A stretch of 64,000 nucleotides of DNA from a virus (lineage: Duplodnaviria > Heunggongvirae > Uroviricota > Caudoviricetes). This document shows, one piece after another, positions 8,180 to 17,388 of this stretch (the stretch's first letter is position 1; each line of letters starts with the position of its first letter). The notes under the pieces are model-generated. The model saw only the letters and a list, made by a program, of their open reading frames with translations. It did no database searches and was not told the origin of the DNA. The translations under genes were made by a program, and so were the position numbers. The stretch is from positions 76,794-140,793 of IMG/VR virus record IMGVR_UViG_3300029850_000274; one strand, written 5' to 3'.

Positions 8180-8524
8180 ATGGAAAATAAAACAAGATTA
8201 ATTACTTTATCTGATAGTCCTGGAATGGATGGAGAGTTAGTTATTTTTAGAACAAACGCACCTGCGGAAAGATTGAAAGCGTTAGAAGTAGAAAGCTGTA
8301 AAGCATATACAAACAATACTGATATTCCAGTTTGGGCAGGTGTATTGGAAAAAGAAGGTTATATATGCGATATTGTAGATTCGCACAGTCATGTAACACC
8401 ATATGAAACATCTTTTGTATGGAAAACAAAGTGTTATCCTTATATTACAGAATGTTATGACATTGATAATGTTATAAGTCTTATTAACGGATCAGAAGAA
8501 GAGAGAATTGCAAATTTTATTTAA
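8180..8524 (+). CDS. hypothetical protein (114 aa)
   Basis: ORF with ATAGGAGTGACGAACAATG. Its upstream intergenic stretch AAAGTTTTATTACA...ATAGGAGTG is duplicated at 7836-7866. Confidence 0.5.
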   Translation: MENKTRLITLSDSPGMDGELVIFRTNAPAERLKALEVESCKAYTNNTDIPVWAGVLEKEGYICDIVDSHSHVTPYETSFVWKTKCYPYITECYDIDNVISLINGSEEERIANFI

Positions 8525-8525
8525 T

Positions 8526-8711
8526 ATGTCTTTAGATATGGATTATGATAGCTCTGTTGATGACTACAGAGAGGATATGGAAATGCTGACTAAAAGCATT
8601 GGAAATTTATCTATAATAGATGATCCTCTGTTCCATGTATTACAGAATATTGCAGACAACAACGCAGAAATGGAAAACAAACTTGTCAATGCAGATGGAT
8701 CTATTAACTAA
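8526..8711 (+). CDS. hypothetical acidic protein
   Basis: ORF without a clear RBS. The alternative TTG start at 8508 overlaps the upstream gene. Confidence 0.3.
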   Translation: MSLDMDYDSSVDDYREDMEMLTKSIGNLSIIDDPLFHVLQNIADNNAEMENKLVNADGSIN

Positions 8712-8764
8712 TTAAATGTCAATTTTATTAAAATAATATTGTGTAAAAAGTGTGTAAAACATTA

Positions 8765-8792
8765 TTGACATTGTGTAGATATTGTGTATAAT
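8765..8792 (+). promoter_or_regulatory. Promoter of the hicAB operon with four GTGTA-containing repeats
   Basis: TTGACA (8765-8770), 16-nt spacer, TATAAT (8787-8792). ATTGTGTA or GTGTGTA repeats occur at 8738, 8750, 8770 and 8781. The ATG follows at 8818 after AAAGGAGA. Confidence 0.55.
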
Positions 8793-8817
8793 ATAAGTAA
8801 GCAAAGGAGACAATACA

Positions 8818-8991
8818 ATGAAGCAGAAAGATTTAATCAAGAAGCTTAAAGCAGGCGGATTTATCTTCGATAGGCATGGTAGTAACCATGATATCTACAC
8901 CAAAGGAGATATATCAGAATCAGTTCCACGGCACAAGGAAGTTGATGAAAGACTTGCTAGAGGTATTCTAAGAAGGAATGGGCTGTTATAA
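8818..8991 (+). CDS. hicA: HicA-family mRNA interferase toxin (57 aa; below the 60-aa cut-off of the ORF track)
   Basis: MKQKDLIKKLKAGGFIFDRHGSNHDIYTKGDISESVPRHKEVDERLARGILRRNGLL fits the HicA/YcfA pattern (K.L.k.GW...r.kGSHh.f.......v.vP.h.kel..g.l..il). Strong SD. Sits immediately upstream of hicB. Confidence 0.7.
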   Translation: MKQKDLIKKLKAGGFIFDRHGSNHDIYTKGDISESVPRHKEVDERLARGILRRNGLL

Positions 8992-9049
8992 AACAGCCTA
9001 TCCTTGGAAAATCTTATTTGCAATCATATATAAGAATAGAGGTGAAAAT

Positions 9050-9484
9050 ATGAAAGCAGTATATCCTGTATTATTTACAAAAACCGACGACGGAAAATAT
9101 TTAATTGAGGCACCAGATTTAAATGTATTAACGGAAGGAAAAGATATGTCAGATGCTATTAAAATGGCACGAGACGCAATGGAATTAACTTGTGTTTCTA
9201 TGGAAGATAGAGAGGTGGAAATTCCTAAACCAACAAATATTACAGATATCGATATTGCGAAAAGCACATTTTTTGATGAAGGAGAAACTATTATTTCATT
9301 GGTTGATATTGATTCAACAGAATATCGAAGAAAAATTGATACAAAATCTGTAAGAAGAAATGTTGCATTACCTAGTTGGTTAAATTATGAAGCAGAACAT
9401 TCTGGAATTAATGTTTCTAAAGTGTTACAAGATGCACTTATTCAAGTATTGAATGTTACTGATAGACCAAATTATAATAAATAA
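9050..9484 (+). CDS. hicB: HicB-family antitoxin (RNase-H-like N-domain plus C-terminal ribbon-helix-helix)
   Basis: MKAVYPVLFTKTDDGKYLIEAPDLNVLTEGKDMSDAIKMARDAMEL matches the HicB/UPF0150 pattern. C-terminal RRNVALPSWLNYEAEHSGINVSKVLQDALIQVL is RHH-like. RBS AGAGGTGAAAATATG. Four-base overlap with hicA. Confidence 0.65.
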   Translation: MKAVYPVLFTKTDDGKYLIEAPDLNVLTEGKDMSDAIKMARDAMELTCVSMEDREVEIPKPTNITDIDIAKSTFFDEGETIISLVDIDSTEYRRKIDTKSVRRNVALPSWLNYEAEHSGINVSKVLQDALIQVLNVTDRPNYNK

Positions 9485-9515
9485 TATATATAAAAACGAT
9501 TAATTTATTGTCAAT

Positions 9516-9543
9516 AGGCACTTTTAATAGTGCCTATTTTTTA
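9516..9543 (+). terminator. Rho-independent terminator after hicB
   Basis: TAGGCACT-TTTAAT-AGTGCCTA followed by TTTTTT. Confidence 0.6.
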
Positions 9544-9561
9544 GCAAAGGAGAGTAAAATT

Positions 9562-9732
9562 ATGCCATTGGTTTTATTATTAATAATTATATTTATTGTT
9601 CCAGAGGATAGTTTAGAATATATGTTAGGAGCTATCTTAGGTGGTGGCTATGGAATTTTAATGGTTATAGCATTTGTTGCTATTCTGTATGGAATTTATA
9701 AGTTCTTTTCCGATCTTTGGAACGGAAGATAG
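9562..9732 (+). CDS. small membrane protein (56 aa)
   Basis: ATG after AAAGGAGAG. Two hydrophobic helices. The 9508 start in the track lies inside the terminator. Confidence 0.4.
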   Translation: MPLVLLLIIIFIVPEDSLEYMLGAILGGGYGILMVIAFVAILYGIYKFFSDLWNGR

Positions 9733-9823
9733 AATGGAAAATATCATTTGATATGAATCATTCTGACACACCAGAAATTGATGAACTAGAATTAGAGTGA
9801 ATACAAATTAATATAGGTAACTA

Positions 9824-9858
9824 GGACACTTATGGAAAATTCCAGAGTGTCTTTTTTA
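9824..9858 (+). terminator. Rho-independent terminator
   Basis: GGACACT ... AGTGTC stem (inner GGAAAATTCC palindrome) followed by TTTTTT. Confidence 0.55.
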
Positions 9859-9893
9859 ATACAAATTTTTACATAAGAAAGGTGGAATTGATT

Positions 9894-11246
9894 ATGAATC
9901 TAAACGAAATGGAAATCCCTTGCGATCCAATTTTGGACAAAGAAAAGAGGGATGAGTTGGTGCAGAACACAGAACTTTTAAAACAGGTTACAATCAAGCC
10001 GATCCCGTGGCTTCCTGGACGAGATTATATTACTACGGAACAGGTGGCACGATTCTTTGATGGAGATGTTGATGAAGTCAAGAGGTTGTGTACGAAGTAT
10101 CGTAAAGAGTTTTTAGCAGATGGAATGGAAGTTAAGACAGTGCAGGAGATCATTGATGGTCAGGACGCAACAGCAGAAAAACAGAAGGGAAGAATCATGG
10201 TAACGTATCCGAACGGATTAAATATCTCATTCGGTTACAAGGGTGCTAAGGTGTTTACTCTTAAATGTTTGATCAGATTGTCTTTACTGATGGAAACTTC
10301 AAGCCTTGCTGAGAACGTAAGACATTATGTTTTTATTAACGATTATATCACGATAGAAGAGCAGAGAGAACAAGAACAGGTAGAGGCAGGCGTTAAACTT
10401 GTTGATACAACGGAAATTTTAGGCAGACGAATTGACTTATACAGAAGCATTGAAGATCCGTTATTCTTAGCAAGAGATGTTGCAGAATGGATTGATTACA
10501 GCAAACGTCCTGATGGCAGTTATAAAACAGATATGATGTTACAGGCGATTGATTCAGAGGAAAAATATAAGACCAAAATCTTAACCGCCAATAATGTTGG
10601 CGGGTCAAATTTAGGTCAGATTGATTCTACGGGAAAGACTATTAATCCATTTTGGTTTCTGACAGAAGATGGACTCTATGAAGTATGTATGCAATCACGT
10701 AAGCCGATTGCAAAGCAGATGAAGAAACAGATTAAAGAATATCTTAAAAACATCCGTAAGACAGGCGGTGCAGTTGACTTTGGGAAAGAGTCACAGTTCA
10801 TTGAACACTACTTCCCGTCATTTTCTGAGGATGTCAAGCTTGCTATGGTAACCGATCTGCGAACACAAAATAAAGAACTTAAAGAAGAGAATCAGAAGTT
10901 GCAGAATGATAACAAGTTATTAGCAGCGGAAATTTTAACATGGGATGATCGCAATAAGATGAACGCTGGGATTAGGAAGTTGGCTGCGGTAACAGGAACG
11001 CAATTCTCTGTTATGTGGAATGAGCTTTATAAGAACTTACAGTATAAATATCAGATTGATGTTAAGAAACGTGGAAAGAAACCATTTCTTCAGTGGATTC
11101 AAGAACATGAATGGGATAAGGTATTGAAAGTCTTTTGTGCAATGTGCGAGGCTAGAAACCTATCTCCAACAGATATGTTCCAACAGACGGCACCTGTGGA
11201 AAATTTATATGATAATGAAGATGAGGATGATGAAGTATGGAATTAG
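9894..11246 (+). CDS. phage anti-repressor-like protein with Bro-N-like domain (about 450 aa)
   Basis: Central region ARDVAEWIDYS...FLTEDGLYEVCMQSRKPIAKQMKKQIKEYLKNIRKTG follows the Bro-N pattern (fvakDVa..L.y...E.GLY.L...S..p.A..F..W....L..IRKtG). ATG at 9894 after AAAGGTGGAATTGATT. Confidence 0.5.
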   Translation: MNLNEMEIPCDPILDKEKRDELVQNTELLKQVTIKPIPWLPGRDYITTEQVARFFDGDVDEVKRLCTKYRKEFLADGMEVKTVQEIIDGQDATAEKQKGRIMVTYPNGLNISFGYKGAKVFTLKCLIRLSLLMETSSLAENVRHYVFINDYITIEEQREQEQVEAGVKLVDTTEILGRRIDLYRSIEDPLFLARDVAEWIDYSKRPDGSYKTDMMLQAIDSEEKYKTKILTANNVGGSNLGQIDSTGKTINPFWFLTEDGLYEVCMQSRKPIAKQMKKQIKEYLKNIRKTGGAVDFGKESQFIEHYFPSFSEDVKLAMVTDLRTQNKELKEENQKLQNDNKLLAAEILTWDDRNKMNAGIRKLAAVTGTQFSVMWNELYKNLQYKYQIDVKKRGKKPFLQWIQEHEWDKVLKVFCAMCEARNLSPTDMFQQTAPVENLYDNEDEDDEVWN

Positions 11247-11473
11247 AACAGATTATTCGGTATTCAGATGTATTTGTAGGAGTAATGATTACATTAGAGA
11301 CTATTGTTTTTATTGTTAATGCAGCTCTGAAATTAATTGATGAATATTACAATACAAACTTAAAGAAATATACTGACTTACTAGATGATACAATAGGAGT
11401 TATTGATAAACCAACTACTATTATTTTATGGACTTGGTTTATTATAAAAATAGGAACGGCATTTATTAAATAA
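11237..11473 (+). CDS. small membrane protein (78 aa)
   Basis: ORF with two predicted TM helices. Overlaps the upstream stop. Confidence 0.4.
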   Translation: MELEQIIRYSDVFVGVMITLETIVFIVNAALKLIDEYYNTNLKKYTDLLDDTIGVIDKPTTIILWTWFIIKIGTAFIK

Positions 11474-11494
11474 TTCCATATAATAATTTTGGCA

Positions 11495-11526
11495 AAGAAC
11501 CGAACGGAAGGTTCTTTTTATTTTAC
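11495..11526 (+). terminator. Rho-independent terminator
   Basis: AGAACC-GAACGGA-GGTTCT followed by TTTTTATTTT. Confidence 0.6.
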
Positions 11527-11540
11527 GGAAATATTTGGCA

Positions 11541-11570
11541 GGAACCGATTTGGCAGGTCGGTTCTTTGTC
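11541..11570 (+). terminator. Second hairpin, possible tandem terminator
   Basis: GAACCGA ... TCGGTTC stem followed by TTTGTC. The T-run is weak. Confidence 0.3.
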
Positions 11571-11599
11571 AAATTTATTATACACAAATTAATGATTAA

Positions 11600-11760
11600 C
11601 TAAGCATAGAATTGTTAATAGGTAAGGTGTTGATTATATAGAGAACTAATAGGAATAGAATAGGTTTCTATTAGGATTGGCACACTAATAGTTGGAATTA
11701 AATGTTGATTTTATTCCTATTGGTTTACGGAATACAGTTATACAAAAATAATGAGTGTAG
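11600..11760. repeat. Iteron-like cluster of AATAGG / CCTATT repeats
   Basis: CTAATAGGAATAGAATAGGTTTCTATTAGGATTGG ... CTAATAGTTGG ... TTATTCCTATTGG. Direct and inverted copies of (C)TAATAGG(A) lie in a 200-nt non-coding gap. Confidence 0.4.
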
Positions 11761-11795
11761 AGAAAAATAAGACAGTTTAGAAAGGAAGATGAAGA

Positions 11796-12890
11796 ATGAA
11801 CCTACAGTTAGTAAAAACGGAAAATTTTAACGATATAGCGTGTGATTTTTATAGTGCTGAGGATCAGTTGTGGATGAGCAGACAACAGATTGGGCTTGCA
11901 TTAGAATATAAAGATCCTAGAGTCGCCATTGCAAAAATTCACGATGCTAATAAAGAAAGACTAGATAGAGATTCAGTTGTTACCAAATTGGAAACAACTG
12001 ATGGAAAATCTTATTCTAGTTATATCTATAATGAACGTGGCATTTATGAAATTTGTAGAAGAAGTAGACAACCCAAGGCTGATGCCTTTATGGATTGGGT
12101 ATGGGATGTGATTGGAGCTTATCGTCATGGAAATTTAAGAACAGGAACTCCCGTAACAACAGTGGAGCAATTTCTTACAGAACAGACAGAACTTATGAGG
12201 CAGATGGAAAGAAACAATGAACGCCTATACAATGTTACTATCAAAGGTTTCAATCAGTTGGCGGACATTGTAAAAGAGATGAAAACCGAACGAAAAGAAC
12301 TATATAAGCAGATCGGTAAACCTACGAAAGATATTCCAGTAGTAGATACTGAAAGTGTTATTGCAGAATACAAACTTAACGAATGGAAATCCAACGTATA
12401 TTCTATCATTAATGATATTCTAAAAGAATCTGATGAATTAGGAACTACTACGAGAGATATTCTAAAAGAAGTATACAGGTATCTCACTAACACATATGGA
12501 ATTGTGTGGGAACAGGATCGAAAAGAATACAAAGAGAAGTATAATATTGGAGAAAGAGGTAATGTTCCAACAATTGACCTTTGCTATGATAAATACCCTG
12601 ATCTGCTAGTTAATTCATTGGAAAAACTTCTGCGACAGTTCAGAAAAGAAAATGCACAGCCTGATTGGGAAGAAATGAAGATCAAGATTACCAATTATGC
12701 TAATCATATTGGAAATAAGTCTAAAGGTGGAACGTCTGTTTATCGGAAAATCTACACTAAGATGACAGAGAATGGAGTTAACTGGGATGAATATGCTCAT
12801 GGGTTGTCTAAATCTCAGCTTATTCAAACTAATGCAACTTTGTACAACAGATTTTACGAAGCAGCGGTGGAAATTATTTCAGAAGAATAG
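11796..12890 (+). CDS. BRO-N domain anti-repressor-like protein (364 aa)
   Basis: N-terminus FNDIACDFYSAEDQLWMSRQQIGLALEYKDPRVAIAKIHDANKERL ... ERGIYEICRRSRQPKADAFMDWVWDVI matches Bro-N (PF02498-like). RBS AAAGGAAGATGAAGA. Confidence 0.65.
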   Translation: MNLQLVKTENFNDIACDFYSAEDQLWMSRQQIGLALEYKDPRVAIAKIHDANKERLDRDSVVTKLETTDGKSYSSYIYNERGIYEICRRSRQPKADAFMDWVWDVIGAYRHGNLRTGTPVTTVEQFLTEQTELMRQMERNNERLYNVTIKGFNQLADIVKEMKTERKELYKQIGKPTKDIPVVDTESVIAEYKLNEWKSNVYSIINDILKESDELGTTTRDILKEVYRYLTNTYGIVWEQDRKEYKEKYNIGERGNVPTIDLCYDKYPDLLVNSLEKLLRQFRKENAQPDWEEMKIKITNYANHIGNKSKGGTSVYRKIYTKMTENGVNWDEYAHGLSKSQLIQTNATLYNRFYEAAVEIISEE

Positions 12891-12939
12891 AGAGGTGTGA
12901 TATAATTATGACACAAAACGAAAAAGGAGTTGTCTCAAA

Positions 12940-13209
12940 ATGAATAAATTGGAAAACCGAAAAGAAGAAGCTAAAGAATATAGGAAATTAGTTGATAAAT
13001 GTTTAGCTTTAATGGATAAATACGTTGGAGTAACATTTGGAATTCCTGTATGGGTAGATCGTGGCTCTCATACACTAGAGTTTAAAAAGAATGGAACTGA
13101 TGAATGGAGACTCCTAACAAAAGAAGAAGTGTCTAATATTATTGAAAAATATGAGATGTTAGATTCTGTAGCAGCAAAGATTACAAAAGAAACTAATATG
13201 GGGTATTGA
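12940..13209 (+). CDS. hypothetical protein (89 aa)
   Basis: ORF with AAAAGGAG RBS. Confidence 0.5.
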   Translation: MNKLENRKEEAKEYRKLVDKCLALMDKYVGVTFGIPVWVDRGSHTLEFKKNGTDEWRLLTKEEVSNIIEKYEMLDSVAAKITKETNMGY

Positions 13210-13247
13210 AATGAAACAAATATTCGATCAGAAGGAGTGATAGAAAA

Positions 13248-13604
13248 ATGAATATATTAACATTAAAAGGGAACGGAAAATCTAAATTTCTCAGTGATTT
13301 TATTGATAGTTCTCGATCAGAAAAATGTTTTGTAATCATATTTGAAGATGAAAACATTTCTCGCAGTCTGTTTTCAAGATGTGATAATTTTATTTTAGAT
13401 GATTCGCAGAGCATTAAAGAGGAAATGGAAAAATATTTAGGAATTGTTGAGAATTGGAGTGACAAACTGGAATATTTAATAATATATAGTATAGATAAAT
13501 CCGAAAAAGATATGATCAATTTGGATGTATATTATTTATTAAATCAGATTAAAGATCAACCGTTCTTTAAAGAGCTAACTTGCATTGTAGCTTGTAAGGA
13601 ATAA
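13248..13604 (+). CDS. hypothetical protein (118 aa)
   Basis: ORF with CAGAAGGAG RBS. Confidence 0.5.
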   Translation: MNILTLKGNGKSKFLSDFIDSSRSEKCFVIIFEDENISRSLFSRCDNFILDDSQSIKEEMEKYLGIVENWSDKLEYLIIYSIDKSEKDMINLDVYYLLNQIKDQPFFKELTCIVACKE

Positions 13605-13628
13605 AGTAATTAAAAAGGAGTGATTAAA

Positions 13629-14123
13629 ATGGAAAAATCTAAAGCATATACATCAGAAAAACCATATATGTGTGTTTACGAAACAAAAGAAGATGGTATT
13701 GGCTATGCGACATTTGATAATGAACAGAGTTTATTAGAATTGTTAAATGAGTGTAGAGAAAACGGAGATAAGATTTTAGATGCCTGCAAGGTTGAGGATC
13801 GTTATGAATTCAAAGATGGAAAATTTGAGTCTAAATATCAAAGAATGTATGGATATACAATTATCAAAGCGCTTAAAGATAAGAATAAGGAATTAGGTAA
13901 TAAACTAAGAAAAGTAATTGATGAAAGGATCGCCATAGAAGAAAAACTAGCAGATACAAACATGCCGTATCAAAAATATATGTATTTATTGCGTGATAAA
14001 GAGGATATTGAAAAAACAGAAGCAAAGTTAAGTCAAAGGAAACAAATCGTAAGAGATATGTTAGATGTCTGCTATGAAGCGGTATGGGAATGTGACGATC
14101 ATATAGATAAAATGAAACTTTGA
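13629..14123 (+). CDS. hypothetical protein
   Basis: ORF with AAAAGGAGTGATTAAA before the ATG. Confidence 0.5.
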   Translation: MEKSKAYTSEKPYMCVYETKEDGIGYATFDNEQSLLELLNECRENGDKILDACKVEDRYEFKDGKFESKYQRMYGYTIIKALKDKNKELGNKLRKVIDERIAIEEKLADTNMPYQKYMYLLRDKEDIEKTEAKLSQRKQIVRDMLDVCYEAVWECDDHIDKMKL

Positions 14124-14143
14124 TAGAAAGGAAAGGGGTAAGT

Positions 14144-15133
14144 ATGGCTAAATATGAAGGTACTTACGCTTGTGGGCATGATGGCGTAGTAAATGTGATT
14201 GGAAAAATGAGTGAAAGACAGAGAAAAGCTGACTATGCTTTTTCTCATTTATGTCCGAAATGTGCAAAAGAAGAAAAAGAAAGAAAAATTGCAGAAGAAA
14301 ACAAAAAGTCTAAAGAATTATCAGAAGAATACGGATTTCCAAACCTAACAGGAACGGAAAAACAAGTAGCATGGGGTAATACAATTCGATTGGGTTTTTA
14401 CAATGAGTTTGAAAACGACAGAACGGCACAATCTATTATTGAGAATGAAACGGCAGCTTCTTTTTGGTTAGACTTAGACCGATTTATTAGTAAACAAGAT
14501 TTTCTGCGAAAATATAAACGAACTAAGAGGGAGAAAGAGCGTCGAGAAAGAATCATTAGTATTGATGCTGTGGCACCAGAAAGATTGGAACATGAAGGTG
14601 TTGTGGAAATTGTTAAAAAACTTGATAAAATATGCCTGTTTTACCTGAAAGATCAGGACTTCATCAATTTGGTTAAATCAAAAGATTATAGATGGAATGA
14701 AGATGATTGTTGTTGGTGTCGTTGTCTGACCGAGAAAAGTGGAAATTATGCTGATAGAGTAGCAGAAATTGGACATGGCTTATTGCAGAATGGATTTGCA
14801 ATTTGTATTCACGATAGTGAAATTACAGAAATGGCAATCAGTGGAAACTATAAAAAAGAAAACACTCGTTGGATTAATTACGATTCAGAAGATAAAGTTC
14901 TAACATTGCGTTGGAGCGCAAGGAGTAATGAAATTTACAATGCTGCAAGGAAAATTATGAATAATCGGTATAGTCGGGATAAAGGGTGCGTGGAAGTACC
15001 TATAGCCAATTACAGGTCTGTAAATAACTTTGCGAAAAAGTATGATTTTTGTTATACTGAAAATGCACTTGATGCTATCGAACAGTATAAAAAAGAAGTC
15101 AGAGAAATGAGAAGGGTTAAGGTGGACAAGTAA
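14144..15133 (+). CDS. hypothetical protein with N-terminal Cys/His cluster (zinc-ribbon-like)
   Basis: ORF. GAAAGGAAAGGGG precedes ATG 14144. CGHDG...HLCPKCAK. Confidence 0.5.
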   Translation: MAKYEGTYACGHDGVVNVIGKMSERQRKADYAFSHLCPKCAKEEKERKIAEENKKSKELSEEYGFPNLTGTEKQVAWGNTIRLGFYNEFENDRTAQSIIENETAASFWLDLDRFISKQDFLRKYKRTKREKERRERIISIDAVAPERLEHEGVVEIVKKLDKICLFYLKDQDFINLVKSKDYRWNEDDCCWCRCLTEKSGNYADRVAEIGHGLLQNGFAICIHDSEITEMAISGNYKKENTRWINYDSEDKVLTLRWSARSNEIYNAARKIMNNRYSRDKGCVEVPIANYRSVNNFAKKYDFCYTENALDAIEQYKKEVREMRRVKVDK

Positions 15134-15918
15134 TGGAATATATTAATCATTATACTCTGTTGACAGGGCATATGAGAAAATCTTATTCAGAGGAAATCAG
15201 TAGTGAAATAAGAACTAGAATGAGAGAACTTATTGAATTTGATAGGAATGTATCATCTAATTACACAGTACCGTTTATGGATGGAACTAAATTGCATATT
15301 ACTGCGGATGGAGACTTCTATTGTGCCGAAGTTATATTAGAAGCTGAAGGCGAAAATATTGTATTGCTGACAACAGTAGGATGTAAAGATAAAAGTGAGT
15401 TATCCCTTGCTATGAAATCAATAGAGTGTGCTTACAAAGATTTGTTTGGAAAATCCTTAGGCGAATATCATCCTGAATTGCCATTTATTGTAGATATTCC
15501 AACGCCATTTTGTGTGATAATTTCAGACTGGTCAGGAGATTTTTGTAGAACATTGGCATGGTCGATCTTCGATGATAAAGATGATCAACCGACAGAGGAA
15601 AAGGTAGAAATAAATACAATTCGTAGAAGTGTAGAAGGTCTTCATGGAGTAAAGAAAGATAATTACGAAGGACTTCCAGAGGAATTAAAAGAATTCAATT
15701 ATTACTTTGCGGATTGTGGACATTCTATTCTTGCAATTCCAGAATGTAAGTTAGACGAAGCAATTAAAGATGGAGATTTGGATATGTTTGAATGTCCGTT
15801 CCCTGTAAAATATGTTCTTGAAAAAGGATATAGAATATATAAAGATCATGTAGTTTGCGAGGCAGAATATCATCCTGCATTTGGGTTAATAATTGATGAA
15901 GAATGGGATGAATTTTAG
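15133..15918 (+). CDS. hypothetical protein (261 aa)
   Basis: ORF with AAGGTGGA RBS. The ATG overlaps the upstream stop. Confidence 0.5.
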   Translation: MEYINHYTLLTGHMRKSYSEEISSEIRTRMRELIEFDRNVSSNYTVPFMDGTKLHITADGDFYCAEVILEAEGENIVLLTTVGCKDKSELSLAMKSIECAYKDLFGKSLGEYHPELPFIVDIPTPFCVIISDWSGDFCRTLAWSIFDDKDDQPTEEKVEINTIRRSVEGLHGVKKDNYEGLPEELKEFNYYFADCGHSILAIPECKLDEAIKDGDLDMFECPFPVKYVLEKGYRIYKDHVVCEAEYHPAFGLIIDEEWDEF

Positions 15919-16005
15919 AATAACTTAATAAGATAGAACAGATTAAAGCATATCATTTTTTGGTATGCTTTAAATAAAACGAAAATTTGATAGGTGGTGG
16001 TACGA

Positions 16006-16380
16006 ATGGTGGATTTAAATGACCATAAGTGTATGTTTGAATATACGGACGAAGAACTGTTGGAGCAGGGAAAGTTAGACATTCAAGCAAGATCACATGG
16101 AATAAGAGATGATAGAACTTTTTTTGAACAATATATAGTTTTGAAAGAAATCGGCAAACGATGGATTCGAGAACATGAAAATATGAAGAAAGAAAATTTC
16201 GCAAAGAATCAATACAAAGACTGGAGCGATGATAAGTTGTTAAAGTTTTACAAAGAACGTAAAGAGGTTTATAATGGAAATTTTCCTGTTTTGTATATTA
16301 ATATGTTGACTGAAATTTCTGATCGTTGGATTAAACAGAATGAAATTGAAGAGATAAAATTAGAAGGAGGTGCTAAATGA
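16006..16380 (+). CDS. hypothetical protein
   Basis: ORF. ATG 16006 lies 5 nt after TAGGTGGTGG. Confidence 0.45.
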   Translation: MVDLNDHKCMFEYTDEELLEQGKLDIQARSHGIRDDRTFFEQYIVLKEIGKRWIREHENMKKENFAKNQYKDWSDDKLLKFYKERKEVYNGNFPVLYINMLTEISDRWIKQNEIEEIKLEGGAK

Positions 16381-16622
16381 GAAAATCAATAACAAAATGT
16401 CCGCACTGCGGAAGTGATCGTGGAATGGCTGTTAGGTTTAAAGCTACTGGAACCGATATATATAGTTTTGATGGACATTTTCAAGATGAAGAAATTATTG
16501 AATACTGTACATATAATAAATGTATGACATGCTGTGACTGTGGAAAACGTATAATGAGTTATGATGAATTTATGACACATTATGCAATCGATGAATTAAC
16601 AGGTAAGCATTTAAAACAGTGA
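16377..16622 (+). CDS. small zinc-ribbon protein (81 aa)
   Basis: CPHCGS...C..C..CCDCGKR. AGGAGG RBS. Confidence 0.5.
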   Translation: MRKSITKCPHCGSDRGMAVRFKATGTDIYSFDGHFQDEEIIEYCTYNKCMTCCDCGKRIMSYDEFMTHYAIDELTGKHLKQ

Positions 16623-16662
16623 AAGGAGAATTTTATTTCCACATATAGAGGGGAGTGATGCC

Positions 16663-17388
16663 ATGAGTAACACAGGATGGATTAAACTCCATCGGAAAAT
16701 TACAGATCACTGGTTATGGGAAGATAAACCATTTGCAAGAGGACAAGCAATGATTGACTTATTGATTCTCGCAGGATATAATGATCAATCGAAATACATT
16801 GATGGAAATTTAGAAACAGTTAAGCGAGGATCGGTGGTTACTTCGATCAGAAAGTTATGTGATCGATGGGGTTGGAGCAATTCGAAGGTTGTCAAATTTT
16901 TAAAGATACTGGAAAACGACAGTATTATACATGTAAAAAGCGACGCTAAAAAGACAGTCATAACCATAGTAAATTACGGTGTTTATCAAGGATTTGTGGA
17001 TGAAAAAACTACACAGAAACGACACCAAAACGACGCAGAAGCGACACATAAAAAGAAAGTAAAGAATAATAATAAATATAATTATAATAATAATATAAAG
17101 CGGTTCAGACCGCCTAATTGCGAGCAAGTCTCCAGATATTGCCAACAGAGACACAATGGAATTGATCCAGAAGAGTTTGTAGATTACTACACAGCCAAAG
17201 ATTGGATGGTTGGCAGAAGCAAGATGACAGACTGGAAGGCAGCAGTACGAAACTGGGAACGTAATCAAGCTAAGAAGATCGCTAAACAAAAGTCCAAGGT
17301 AACAAACCTTGCACACTTGGAGTGTGATCGTAACTATGATTTCGATGCGTTGGAAAGACAGCTTTTTGAGAAGCAGATGGCAGGATGA
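16663..17388 (+). CDS. putative replication initiation / replisome-organizer protein (DnaD-like winged-helix N-domain)
   Basis: N-terminus MSNTGWIKLHRKITDHWLWEDKPF is typical of the GWIKLHRK...W class of Firmicutes phage/plasmid replication proteins. C-terminus has DnaD-like WxxxxW spacing (DWKAAVRNWERNQ). Confidence 0.4.
   Translation: MSNTGWIKLHRKITDHWLWEDKPFARGQAMIDLLILAGYNDQSKYIDGNLETVKRGSVVTSIRKLCDRWGWSNSKVVKFLKILENDSIIHVKSDAKKTVITIVNYGVYQGFVDEKTTQKRHQNDAEATHKKKVKNNNKYNYNNNIKRFRPPNCEQVSRYCQQRHNGIDPEEFVDYYTAKDWMVGRSKMTDWKAAVRNWERNQAKKIAKQKSKVTNLAHLECDRNYDFDALERQLFEKQMAG

Noticed and set aside
15944-15972. Hairpin TAAAGCATA-N11-TATGCTTTA after 15918 as a terminator
   Set aside because: The T-run lies in the loop rather than after the stem. 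It is possibly regulatory, but it is not a canonical intrinsic terminator.
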